Source of the DNA: Candidatus Bathyarchaeia archaeon
GTDB taxonomy: Archaea > Thermoproteota > Bathyarchaeia > Bathyarchaeales > Bathycorpusculaceae
Direction: 5' to 3'
NCBI GenBank assembly: GCA_050012755.1
Contig: JBEKGO010000016.1
Span: forward strand, 1 to 57,088
DNA: 57,088 nucleotides
Shown: positions 37,915-47,463 of the stretch, piece by piece
How the letters are laid out: each line of letters begins with the position of its first letter
How positions within the stretch are numbered: position 1 is the first letter of the stretch
The notes under the pieces: model-generated
Told to the model about the DNA's origin: nothing
Databases searched by the model: none
What the model saw: the letters and a program-made list of their open reading frames with translations, nothing else
Position numbers and translations under genes: made by a program

Positions 37915-39840
37915 ATGTTAATTCAAGAGGTTATACTTGAAAATTTCATGAGTTACGAGTACGCTAGAGTACCGTTTAAACAAGGCGTAAACGTAATCGG
38001 AGGACCCAATGGCGCAGGAAAATCCTCTTTGCTTTTAGCAATTTCCGTCGGTTTAGGACAATCGTATACGGAACGCTCAAGGAAACTCAGCGACTTAATT
38101 CGCTGGGGACACGACCAAGCAAGAGTAACACTCATTTTGGACAACAGCAAACAGGGAAACAAACGTCCAGTCCCAAAATACTCAAAAGACCAACTTTTCC
38201 TAACCAGAGTATTGCGCAAAGACGGCAAATACGGATTTGAACTGGAAAACCGAGCCGTAGGCAAACAAGATGTTGAACGGCTACTTGGCAGATTTGGCGT
38301 TGACCCAGACAACATGCTAATTATCATGCATCAAAACATGGTTGAACAATTCACTGTTCTAAGCAACTCTGAAAAACTGCGCATTGTTGAGGCAGCTGTT
38401 GGCTTAGAGCCTTTCCGCGGAAACGTCCTGCAAGCAAAAACAAAATTAATGCGCATTCTAACGCAAGAGGAATCCGTCGGCAAACTTTTGGAGCAAGCAC
38501 AGCAAACCCTCAACTATTGGCGTGAACAATACGAAAAATACCAAGAGAAAAAACAACTTCAGATTAAACGTCGATTTTTGGAACGTGAACTATCTTGGGC
38601 AGAAGTTGAAAAACGTGAAACCACAGTTAAAGGCTTACAAGCCAACCTAAATAAAAACCAAGATACACTGAGCAAAATTGAAGAGGAAAAAATAGCCATA
38701 ACCAACAAGCTGAACAGCCAACAAAATGAGCGTGAAACACTCAAAAAAGAAACCCGAGCAGCTTTTGATGAACGCTTAAATCTTGAACACGAAATCGCCC
38801 AAAACCAATCAATACGATCACTCATTGGTCAATTCCTTGAAGAGGCAGAGGTTTTACAACAGACAATTCAAGGCAGCAAAAGTCAACTTAAACTGTTCAG
38901 AACTGAAAACCTCAAAGAAATGTTCGAAAACTCACAACGCCGTATCACGGAGGCAACCGAGCAAATTAAAGAAAATCAAGCAAAAACGGTCATTCTGGAA
39001 GATTCATCTGACAAGGTCACTGACGAATTGTTGGATAAACAGGTAACCCGTGCCATACTTGATTATAAGCGTGCAAACGCCATCGTGACCTTAAAGGATA
39101 TTGAGAAATCGCTGAAAGAAGCGCAAGAAAATCTGACGGCAACAACTCAAAAGGCAATGCTGTCTGGCGAAAGAATTGCAGTCCTAAAAAACGCTCCTGA
39201 CATCCAAGATGAAATCCGGTTAACTGACGGCCATTTAGCAGCCCTAGCTGATGTTTCAGAAGACATCGAACGCCAATACGAATCTTACTCTAAACTTTAT
39301 CTGGAGCTGAAAGAGAAAGCGCAGGTTGTAGCTGAAAACCGCGAGAAAACCCTTGAAGAAGTCAAAACTCGAATGGAATCATGGAAAACAGTTATGGAGA
39401 ACCTGCTTGACCGCGTAAATGTTGAGTACCAGCGGATTATGAGTCAGACTTTGGCAACTGGCGAAGTGAAACTATCAAATGCCCAAGACATTGAGACTGC
39501 TGGATTAGAAATATTCGTTGGGTTCAAAGGTGGAAAACCTGTGGCTCTTGACGCTTTCACGCAAAGTGGGGGCGAACGAACCACAGCTACCATGAGTTTT
39601 CTGTTAGCCCTACAACAGCATGTGCGCTCCCCATTCCGAGCGGTAGATGAATATGACATTCATATGGACCCTAAGAACCGAGAAATGATTGCGAAAGTTC
39701 TTCTTTCCACAATTAAAGATGCGAACGTCCAATACGTCGTTATCACTCCTAGCCAAATCACATTTGCCATGCAAGACGCTAATGTGATTACAGTCCAAAA
39801 CTTGGAAGGAAAATCAGTTGTGAGTGAGGTTGTGGCGTAA
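37915..39840 (+). CDS. Short SMC-family ATPase, SMC5/6-like (ClsN/Arcadin-4-related), no evident hinge or Zn hook
   Basis: LENFMSY, GPNGAGKSS, Q-loop MHQN, coiled coil, QSGGERTTATMSFLLALQ, SPFRAVDEYDIHMDP. Confidence 0.9.
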   Translation: MLIQEVILENFMSYEYARVPFKQGVNVIGGPNGAGKSSLLLAISVGLGQSYTERSRKLSDLIRWGHDQARVTLILDNSKQGNKRPVPKYSKDQLFLTRVLRKDGKYGFELENRAVGKQDVERLLGRFGVDPDNMLIIMHQNMVEQFTVLSNSEKLRIVEAAVGLEPFRGNVLQAKTKLMRILTQEESVGKLLEQAQQTLNYWREQYEKYQEKKQLQIKRRFLERELSWAEVEKRETTVKGLQANLNKNQDTLSKIEEEKIAITNKLNSQQNERETLKKETRAAFDERLNLEHEIAQNQSIRSLIGQFLEEAEVLQQTIQGSKSQLKLFRTENLKEMFENSQRRITEATEQIKENQAKTVILEDSSDKVTDELLDKQVTRAILDYKRANAIVTLKDIEKSLKEAQENLTATTQKAMLSGERIAVLKNAPDIQDEIRLTDGHLAALADVSEDIERQYESYSKLYLELKEKAQVVAENREKTLEEVKTRMESWKTVMENLLDRVNVEYQRIMSQTLATGEVKLSNAQDIETAGLEIFVGFKGGKPVALDAFTQSGGERTTATMSFLLALQQHVRSPFRAVDEYDIHMDPKNREMIAKVLLSTIKDANVQYVVITPSQITFAMQDANVITVQNLEGKSVVSEVVA

Positions 39841-40667
39841 TGCAGATTGCAAAACAAGCTAAGATATTGGGCAAGGAAAGGCTTGAACGCATAATTGAAA
39901 TGTGCATCGCCATCGAAAACCAGACCGTCGAACCTTTCACATTAAATATTGATGAAATCATCAAAGTGGTAAGAGAATATTTTCCTCATTGGCAAAATCC
40001 TGACGAGTTGAGACTTGACGCCGAAGCGCTCCACCATTTAGCCACTGTTATCAAGATTCAAAGTGAGTGGGTTAAGCAGAGGTCATCTTTGCTCTATACT
40101 GATCCGTTTCTTTTGGAGGAAAAAATCCTTCAAATCGGCAAACAACAAATGGTTAATGCATTTCTTGAAGCTTGGAACCCACTAATCGAGTTTGAGCAAA
40201 TAAGCCTCAACAGTTTAGCACAGGGACTGCTTTATTGGGAAGCGTTGTCTCCTCTTGACGAAAGATGGAAAGAATTTGAATCAATCGAGGTTTCAAATGC
40301 TTTTGCAAGTAGAGAGGAATTGATCAAACAGCGAGTGCTAAGTGATAAGGAATTTTCTGATGAACTGAATATTTACTGGCAGGAACTCAAAGCCTGTGCA
40401 GCCAATAGGGGAATAGATGGCAAAATTCATTACTGGGACTTTATAGGTGCAGACACCTACGTACAAACAGTGCAAAATGCATTCCTAACAAGTTTTCTAG
40501 TCACCTATGGCTACGCAACATTAGAGATTGACAGGTTAGAGGAAGAGGTCTTCATAAAACCCTTCAGCCAGCCCAGAACAGAGCTGCTAACTCAGCAGTC
40601 AACATCGGTTCCAATAGCCATCTCACATGAAGATTGGCAGAAATGGAAAAGAGGCGAATTAGATTGA
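39840..40667 (+). CDS. Kleisin-like (ScpA/Nse4-type) subunit
   Basis: N-terminal VEPFTLNIDEII...LRLDAEAL..LATVIKIQS resembles the ScpA N-domain; C-terminal AFLTSFLVTYGYATLE...EEVFI resembles the kleisin winged helix; translationally coupled to the SMC gene. Confidence 0.7.
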   Translation: MQIAKQAKILGKERLERIIEMCIAIENQTVEPFTLNIDEIIKVVREYFPHWQNPDELRLDAEALHHLATVIKIQSEWVKQRSSLLYTDPFLLEEKILQIGKQQMVNAFLEAWNPLIEFEQISLNSLAQGLLYWEALSPLDERWKEFESIEVSNAFASREELIKQRVLSDKEFSDELNIYWQELKACAANRGIDGKIHYWDFIGADTYVQTVQNAFLTSFLVTYGYATLEIDRLEEEVFIKPFSQPRTELLTQQSTSVPIAISHEDWQKWKRGELD

Positions 40668-41296
40668 GCAAGAAAAAGGGTGTTTACGGCAGCAAAATCA
40701 AAAAGGCAACCCAGATGCTTTTCTACAAACGGCATCAGAAACCTGGAATTAAGGGCTGGGAACTGCATAAAGCGTTAGGTTCCGACTATATCAAAGTGCT
40801 CGATCTACTTGACGATTATCTGAAACCTTTGGATTTACAAGTTAAGACAATTTTTGAAGAAGAAAAAACGCCAGAAAAACCTACAGTAGAGGAGCTTGAT
40901 AAAGCGAGGTTCTATGTTGCTCTGCGCGGCAACTTGCAGACAAAGGATAAGCTGATGGGTTGGCGAATCGACGATTTAGCAGGCTTAGCCATAACAATCT
41001 CATATATAATTAGCAAGAAAGGGCAAACATCCCGAAAAGATGTCGAGAAACTCCTCAGTGAGAAAATGCCAAACTGGAAAATCGGCTTAAACATCGAACG
41101 CTACATCCGCTACGGCTACATTGGGCAAGATGATAATGGGCTGTTGTTTCTGGATTGGAGAACAAGGGCAGAAGTGGACCAGAAAGCACTGATAACGATG
41201 ATTTTGTCGAGTGACGCACAAAAAACAGAAACTGCTGAACCAGAAGAAGAAGCCCAGGACGAAGAGCCAATAGAAAAAGAAGAAGAAAACAAGTAA
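40634..41296 (+). CDS. KITE-like (ScpB/Nse1/Nse3-type) tandem winged-helix subunit; likely start TTG 40664
   Basis: Two WH-like halves; L.LDWRTRAE recalls the Nse1/MAGE GPRA..E motif; acidic tail; TTGA overlap with the upstream stop. Confidence 0.62.
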   Translation: MAEMEKRRIRLSKKKGVYGSKIKKATQMLFYKRHQKPGIKGWELHKALGSDYIKVLDLLDDYLKPLDLQVKTIFEEEKTPEKPTVEELDKARFYVALRGNLQTKDKLMGWRIDDLAGLAITISYIISKKGQTSRKDVEKLLSEKMPNWKIGLNIERYIRYGYIGQDDNGLLFLDWRTRAEVDQKALITMILSSDAQKTETAEPEEEAQDEEPIEKEEENK

Positions 41297-41380
41297 ACTG
41301 TCACATCATTTTCCCTTTTTGTCGTAGAGTTAATATTCACGAAGAACTCAAAAAAAATATTTTTAGGCTCCAATTTCTGT

Positions 41381-42673
41381 CTATGTTCCTGCGCTGCCAC
41401 TCAACATCTGCACATCTGACACTTTACCTGTATCAGCATAAATTCCGACCGTAACTTCATTTATGCCTCCGCCATAAGTAGCAGTAAGTTGCATTTCCAC
41501 ATACCAATACGGAATCAACGCTATTGAATCACCTCGGGTATGAGGCACGAGTTGAACGGAAAAAGGTTGACCCTCCACGCTAAAATGAGAAACCTGTTGG
41601 CCCTCAATAGTCCAGGTCAAAGTTTTCACGTAGTTTTGAGCAATATCTATCGCCTGTTGCCTAGAAGTAGCCAAGTCAGTGCTTCCTACGGTGAATAGGA
41701 AATACCCGTCTGTCATAGTAGTTAAGACATTATTTTGGAAGGTCATTTGTAAGCCTTTAGCTTGATAATCAATGCCATCTTCCGTATACATCCAAAGAAG
41801 CGTAACGCTTCCGCCTGAAACGGTAATCTGTAGTTTCATGTTACCCTGAACTACCTGTGTATTTTGTGTCGCGTTAACAGTGTCCAGAAGATCACTCATA
41901 TTTGTCAGGTATGCATCACCAGAATAAGCTTTGTAGCGGGCAAGTACACCTTTAGCGTTTTGTAGGACCTCGTTAGGTTGGATCTGGGCAAAAATAGGTG
42001 AGCTTTCAATCATGACAAGCTGATAAAGGGAGAAATGATTGTTCCTAAAACGAAAATCGATGTTCAAGTTGCTTTTAGAACTCGTAAGAGAATACTGTAT
42101 CCCTTCTTCAGCCACACCACCGAGATATGTTTGCCACTGCATTGTGTTACTAAGTAAAGAAATTGTGTAATTCGTAGTGTCAATTTGTGTTACGTTTTGA
42201 AGAAAATTAGCTACTTTATCTTCGCCCATTCCATAAGACAACAGCTGCTGGTTTTCCATTGAAAGCGACTGCTTGGAGTTCGAGAGTTGGCTTATTGATA
42301 CGAATTGAAGAGCAGCAATGCCAGATAAAACTAATACTGCTATCAACAATACTCCGACAACGGCTTTCCACCTAAAAGTCACAATACGACGCTTGGGCTC
42401 AATTTCGTGAACTTCTTCTACACCCTTCATAGCGCTTACAGTGGCTACGCCAAAAGTCGAAAGCTTGTACTGTCCATTATCCATTTTAGAAACCAGTTCG
42501 CCAAGGCTTTCAAGATGGTATGTCAAATGAGGAGTTGAAACGTCAAGTTCCTCGACCATCTCCATGAAAGTCATAGGTTTCATCGCTAGCATTCGTAGAA
42601 TCTTGCGTCTAACAGGATGCTTTAGCGAGCTAAACATAGTTGAGTAAATTTCATCTTCGTGCGAGTCAGTCAT
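41381..42673 (-). CDS. Membrane-anchored ArsR-type regulator (wHTH, one TM helix, large extracellular domain)
   Basis: FSSLKHPVRRKIL...LTYHLESLGELV, TM segment AVVGVLLIAVLVLSGIAAL, Ser/Thr/Gln/Asn-rich C-terminal domain. Confidence 0.8.
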   Translation of the reverse strand: MTDSHEDEIYSTMFSSLKHPVRRKILRMLAMKPMTFMEMVEELDVSTPHLTYHLESLGELVSKMDNGQYKLSTFGVATVSAMKGVEEVHEIEPKRRIVTFRWKAVVGVLLIAVLVLSGIAALQFVSISQLSNSKQSLSMENQQLLSYGMGEDKVANFLQNVTQIDTTNYTISLLSNTMQWQTYLGGVAEEGIQYSLTSSKSNLNIDFRFRNNHFSLYQLVMIESSPIFAQIQPNEVLQNAKGVLARYKAYSGDAYLTNMSDLLDTVNATQNTQVVQGNMKLQITVSGGSVTLLWMYTEDGIDYQAKGLQMTFQNNVLTTMTDGYFLFTVGSTDLATSRQQAIDIAQNYVKTLTWTIEGQQVSHFSVEGQPFSVQLVPHTRGDSIALIPYWYVEMQLTATYGGGINEVTVGIYADTGKVSDVQMLSGSAGT

Positions 42674-42816
42674 TCAAATCCCAGCTAACTAAATACATCA
42701 TTACCTATAAAATTTACATAAAAACAGCCTCACAAAAAAGAAAAAAAGGATTGCATAAAAATATAGTTGAATAATAATATGGCTTGAGCTATATGCCGTT
42801 TAGGTCTAACAATATA

Positions 42817-42840
42817 CGATGAAGCAGCGACGTTTCATCG
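42817..42840. terminator. Hairpin downstream of nusA
   Basis: CGATGAA-N10-TTCATCG inverted repeat. Confidence 0.35.
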
Positions 42841-42861
42841 CCTAATAGCCTGCTGGGCTGC

Positions 42862-43299
42862 TTAGGTGATGCTTACGTTCTGGATGTCGAAATACCGTTT
42901 TGCTAAAAATCGCAGACGTTCAGCGTTTTTGCCGTTCTTACCTATTGCGACGCCCTTGTCTTTGGGATTGACGGTTATAACTGCCATTTTCTTGCCATCA
43001 GTTCTTTCTGTTACGCGTATTTCTCTGACTGCTGCTGGTTTCAGGGCGTTTTTCATGAATGTTACTGGGTCTTCGCTGTATTCGATGATTTCGTGTTTTT
43101 TGCCTGTCATACGTTCAAGCGTGTGGATGTTTCTGCCGCCTTTTCCTATTGCAACGCCCACTTGGCCTTGGTTTACAATGAATATTGCTCGTTGCTCTAC
43201 CTCGTCAACAATGCAGTCTTTGACGCTAGCGCCGCTTATGCTTTCAAACAAAGCAATGTAACGCATTTCGTCGCACGTGATCTTTATGCCGGTTGTCAG
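42862..43299 (-). CDS. nusA: Archaeal NusA (KH domains); probable CTG start at 43299
   Basis: IKIT.DEMRYIALFE, two AIGKxGxN motifs; GGAGG SD precedes an in-frame CTG. Confidence 0.93.
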   Translation of the reverse strand: MTTGIKITCDEMRYIALFESISGASVKDCIVDEVEQRAIFIVNQGQVGVAIGKGGRNIHTLERMTGKKHEIIEYSEDPVTFMKNALKPAAVREIRVTERTDGKKMAVITVNPKDKGVAIGKNGKNAERLRFLAKRYFDIQNVSIT

Positions 43300-43316
43300 T
43301 TTTTTTCCTCCATTTT

Positions 43317-43631
43317 TTATTCTTCTTTGGGTTCTTCGGTTATTTTGAGAATATCTGAATCCCCCGTTTCCCTGATGCTTAAAGCTGATATAATGAAGAG
43401 TTTCTTGCAGACTTCGGCTAAATCCATTGAGCCACCTTTGTAGGTCACTACCGGGACACTTGAGATTTCTCCATAGTATTCTATTTGTTCTTTTATGTTT
43501 TTGGGACAGTTAGAGGCTAAAACAATCATCTTAGCCTTTCCGGTTTTAGCGGATTGCAATGCGACATTGGATCCGAAGGATACTTTGCCCGTTTTCACTG
43601 CGGTCGCTAACGCCTTATCTATATCTATCAT
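43317..43631 (-). CDS. rpl30e: Ribosomal protein L30e
   Basis: AVKTGKV.FG, IVLASNCP, GDSDIL; canonical position in the operon. Confidence 0.96.
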   Translation of the reverse strand: MIDIDKALATAVKTGKVSFGSNVALQSAKTGKAKMIVLASNCPKNIKEQIEYYGEISSVPVVTYKGGSMDLAEVCKKLFIISALSIRETGDSDILKITEEPKEE

Positions 43632-46600
43632 GCTTCTGTTTTTCCTCCTTGTTTTGCTTGTTTATCAAATGTTGACATGTACAATTCAACTAAGCCAGTG
43701 CCGATTGGTATTGACTGCCCCACTATAACGTTTTCTGTTACGCCAGCTAGAGGATCACTTTCACCTTTCACGGCTGCTTCAACAATGTTAGGTACGGTAA
43801 TTTCGAATGCGGCACGAGCTAAGACACTCGCTTTCTTGCCGCTTATGCCGTGTCGACCAATCTGCTGCACATCTCCTGTTGTTGTCATCATGTCTGCTAC
43901 GAGCATTACGTGGCGTACATCTACGTCTAAGCCTTGATCTTCCAAGACACCTTTAGCTTCGTTAACTAATGCGTTTCTTGAAGCCTCTACACCGAGAGTT
44001 TTGGCGATTTCGTGAATATTATTAGTTGTTGTCCTTGATGTGTCTACACCGATAACTTCTAAGACTTTTGAGAGGTTTGAGCCGTCAGTGCGTATTACCC
44101 ATTCTCCGCTTTCTTCAGTCACCAACACACGTTTAATGTCTGGTACACCTTTAACTTGGAAGCCTGGAATCTTGCCTAGCATTCGTTTTAGCTGTTCAGC
44201 TTTCTTGGGTTTAATTTGCACCGTGTAATCTGTGATTGTAACTGTTGCGTTTTGCAATTCTAACCGTTCTTTAAGCTCATCCATTGTTATTGCTCTGTCG
44301 TCCATCATGGATTTGCTTAGTTCCACAACAATTTCTTCGCGAACTGGATCTTCGTAGATTGCTGAAGCCAAGTTTTCAACTGAAGTGTAAATTATGTTTC
44401 TTGCAACTTCAACGGCGCTTTCTTTGCTCTTTGCATGTTCGCCCATTAAGTAGATGGTCATGATTGGTGTAGATGGAATTCTGCGTGCATCGACTATTTC
44501 GATGAGTCTTGGTAAGCCTAAGGTGACGTTTTGTTCTTTGACACCAGCGTAGTGGAAGGTTCTAAGAGTCATCTGTGTACCTGGTTCACCGATTGATTGA
44601 GCAGCGACAATTCCTACCGCTTCTCCTGGCTCCATCAGAGCTCGCTTGTACTGCTCAGCTGTTGAAGTTGTTGCTTTTACTACTGCTTTTTTGGTAAGTT
44701 TGTTTTTGCCGAAGCCTATTTTTAGCTGATTCAGCAAAATCGGAGTAAGCTGGTTCTCAACGATTTTCAGCTGCTTCTTGATTTCCTCTGAAGATGCTGC
44801 TTCACCTTTTTCTTCACCGATTTTTATTTGATCAATAAGTCGGCTTACGTTGACTGCTTTGCCGTGATCGCTTTTTGCTGGGTCGACCCCGTCTTCTCCA
44901 TATCGGAATTGGATGATGTCGCCTGCGGAATCGCGTACTGTGCTGTCGTATTCAAGACGGATGTGCTCTAAAGCGTTAATGAGTCTTCTCTGCATGTAAC
45001 CGCTTTGTTGTGTGCGGACGGCTGTGTCGACTAGACCTTCTCTGCCACCCATAGCGTGGAAGAAGAATTCAATTGCGTCCAGACCTGACTGATAAGAGTT
45101 ATAGACAAAGCCTCTTGCTCTGGGACTTGGATCGCCAACAACAAAGTGCGGCAATGCTCTTCCAGCATAACCTCGCAAAATACGTTTGCCTCGGACTGAT
45201 TGTTGACCAACGCAAGCAGCCATCTGACCAATGTTCAAGCTTGAACCTCTTGCCCCTGCTCGAGTCATGACAATACCGGCGTTATCCAACGTGAAGTCGT
45301 CATCTGCTATTTTGCCTGATTCATCTCTGGCAACTGCAAGTTCATGCATAACGTAGATTTCGAATGATTCTTCTAAGGTTTGTCCTGGCAAGCGTGGGAG
45401 GGTTCCGTTGCGGAAGTTTTCTATGTGTTCATCAATTTTCTTTTGGATGCGTTCCATGGTTTTTGCCATGCGACTACGTGCTCGTGGCGAGAGAACTAGT
45501 TGGTCGTAGGTGTAGCTGAAGCCTCGCATTGAGATGTATAGTTTTAGCAGATGGGTGATTTTGTTTAGGAATTCTCGTGCTGCTTGTGTGCCATAGTCTT
45601 TGATTATTCTGTGAAGAAGACTTTCAGATTGTTCAGCACCGATAGATTTTCTATCAATGATGCCTGAGACCAACTGGCCATTCCTGACCACGACGTAAGC
45701 GTCGTGTTTGCATTCTTCTTCCAGACATTTTGTGCAGCCTTGGCAAATGTTGGCCTTAAGAACGTAATTCAATGTTTTTGGTAGAAACAGGCTAAAGATT
45801 TGTTTGCCTGACCACATAGGTTGTGGCTCTTTAATTTCAGGGGGTGGCAATTCTCCAGTGTATCCTGTTGAGGTAAGTAGTCTGTTAACTTGGCTTCTGG
45901 TCAAGTAGTTTCCGGTTTTCGTGAAGTAATATGCGCTTGTGATGAAGTCTCTGATGGCGCCGATGATTGGTCCGCCGAATCTAGGTGAGAGGATTTGGTC
46001 TTGCACCTGCATTAGCAGAAGTGCTTCGGTTCGTGCCTCTTCACTTTGTGGAACATGTAGGTTCATTTCGTCGCCGTCAAAGTCTGCGTTGTATGGTGGA
46101 CAAACGCATAGGTGTAAACGGAAAGTCTTGTATGGCAACACGCGAACGTAATGTGCCATAATTGACATGCGGTGGAGTGAGGGTTGCCGATTAAAGATTG
46201 CGATGTCGCCATTCTTTAGGTGGCGTTCAACGATGAATCCTAATTCTACGGCTTCGGCGATTTTTGTCCGGTCTACAACGAATTCTAATCTGATACGTTT
46301 GCCGTCTGGGCGAATAATGTAGAGCGCGCCTGGATAAGTTTCTGGACCGTTAATTACAAGTTTCTTCATTTCGTCAATGTTCCAAGCGGTGATTTTTTCT
46401 GGAACAGATAAGCGCATGGCAACATCGACTGGAACTCCAACCTCGTTGATGTCAAGGTTTGGATCTGGAGAAATGACAGTGCGTGCGGAGAAGTCAACTC
46501 GTTTGCCTGAAAGGTTGCTTCTGAAGCGTCCTTCTTTTCCTTTGAGTCTTTGCGAGAGAGTTTTTAGAGCTCTGCCGCTACGGTGCCTTGCTGGTGGAAT

Positions 46601-47461
46601 GCCTGATGCTTCATTGTTGAAGTATGTAGTAACGTGGTATTGCAATAGTTCTGAAAGATCTTGGATGATGAGTGTTGGTGCGCCTGCTTCCATGTTTTCT
46701 TTCAAGCGTTGGTTAATTCGGATGATGTCTACGAGTTTGTGGGTTAAATCGTCTTCAGAGCGAATGCCTGATTCTAAAGTGATGGATGGGCGAACATAAA
46801 CTGGGGGTACAGGCAAAACTTGTAGCACCATCCATTCTGGGCGTGCAACTTTTGGGTTGAAGCCTAAGATTTCTAGGTCTTCATCTGAGACGCGTTCAAG
46901 CCTTTCACGAATCATGCTTGGTGTGAGAGGTTCTGAGCCTAGTTCAGTTTGCTCAATAAACTTTGTTGGTTTTTCAAAAGTGATTTTGAATTGGGCTGAT
47001 GCACAATAGGGGCATTGTTTGGCTTTGATTTCAGTCATTATTTCCTTGTAAATTTCATCTGGAATTGTCCCTAAAAGCTCCATATACCTATCAATTCTTT
47101 GGCGCGCCTTCTTAGAACCATCTTCGGACAAGAGTATGCGACCGCAGCTTCGGCATGTTGCTTTAAGAAGGTCAAAGATGATTTTTGTGAATTCAATATG
47201 AACTATGGGTACGGCTAATTCGATGTGTCCAAAGTGTCCTGGGCATCGGATGGCGGTATTTCCGCAGGTTTTGCATCGTTGTCTTGGCTCAAGAGTGCCT
47301 AGTCTGCCGTCCATTAAGCCGGCTGTAATAGGTGCACCATCTTCGTCGTAAGTGTCTGGGGTTTGGATTTCAACGACCGATTGTTTACGGAGATCTTTAG
47401 GTGAGATTAAACCGAATGAAATTTCATCCACTATTTTATGAATATACTCTTCCTGCGCCAT
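43628..47461 (-). CDS. rpoA1: RNA polymerase largest subunit, fused A'/A''
   Basis: CPGHFGH and NADFDGDEMN, then in the same ORF AAQSIGEPGTQMTLRTFH and TLGLPRLIE. Confidence 0.97.
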   Translation of the reverse strand: MAQEEYIHKIVDEISFGLISPKDLRKQSVVEIQTPDTYDEDGAPITAGLMDGRLGTLEPRQRCKTCGNTAIRCPGHFGHIELAVPIVHIEFTKIIFDLLKATCRSCGRILLSEDGSKKARQRIDRYMELLGTIPDEIYKEIMTEIKAKQCPYCASAQFKITFEKPTKFIEQTELGSEPLTPSMIRERLERVSDEDLEILGFNPKVARPEWMVLQVLPVPPVYVRPSITLESGIRSEDDLTHKLVDIIRINQRLKENMEAGAPTLIIQDLSELLQYHVTTYFNNEASGIPPARHRSGRALKTLSQRLKGKEGRFRSNLSGKRVDFSARTVISPDPNLDINEVGVPVDVAMRLSVPEKITAWNIDEMKKLVINGPETYPGALYIIRPDGKRIRLEFVVDRTKIAEAVELGFIVERHLKNGDIAIFNRQPSLHRMSIMAHYVRVLPYKTFRLHLCVCPPYNADFDGDEMNLHVPQSEEARTEALLLMQVQDQILSPRFGGPIIGAIRDFITSAYYFTKTGNYLTRSQVNRLLTSTGYTGELPPPEIKEPQPMWSGKQIFSLFLPKTLNYVLKANICQGCTKCLEEECKHDAYVVVRNGQLVSGIIDRKSIGAEQSESLLHRIIKDYGTQAAREFLNKITHLLKLYISMRGFSYTYDQLVLSPRARSRMAKTMERIQKKIDEHIENFRNGTLPRLPGQTLEESFEIYVMHELAVARDESGKIADDDFTLDNAGIVMTRAGARGSSLNIGQMAACVGQQSVRGKRILRGYAGRALPHFVVGDPSPRARGFVYNSYQSGLDAIEFFFHAMGGREGLVDTAVRTQQSGYMQRRLINALEHIRLEYDSTVRDSAGDIIQFRYGEDGVDPAKSDHGKAVNVSRLIDQIKIGEEKGEAASSEEIKKQLKIVENQLTPILLNQLKIGFGKNKLTKKAVVKATTSTAEQYKRALMEPGEAVGIVAAQSIGEPGTQMTLRTFHYAGVKEQNVTLGLPRLIEIVDARRIPSTPIMTIYLMGEHAKSKESAVEVARNIIYTSVENLASAIYEDPVREEIVVELSKSMMDDRAITMDELKERLELQNATVTITDYTVQIKPKKAEQLKRMLGKIPGFQVKGVPDIKRVLVTEESGEWVIRTDGSNLSKVLEVIGVDTSRTTTNNIHEIAKTLGVEASRNALVNEAKGVLEDQGLDVDVRHVMLVADMMTTTGDVQQIGRHGISGKKASVLARAAFEITVPNIVEAAVKGESDPLAGVTENVIVGQSIPIGTGLVELYMSTFDKQAKQGGKTEA

Positions 47462-47463
47462 GA

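Noticed and set aside
37915-41296. Wadjet (JetABCD) or Rad50/Mre11 call
   Set aside because: No JetD/Toprim or Mre11 nuclease is adjacent, there is no CxxC hook, and the gene order and length differ.
42817-42840. SECIS-like hairpin after nusA
   Set aside because: No in-frame UGA in the upstream genes and the hairpin lacks the SECIS internal-loop geometry.
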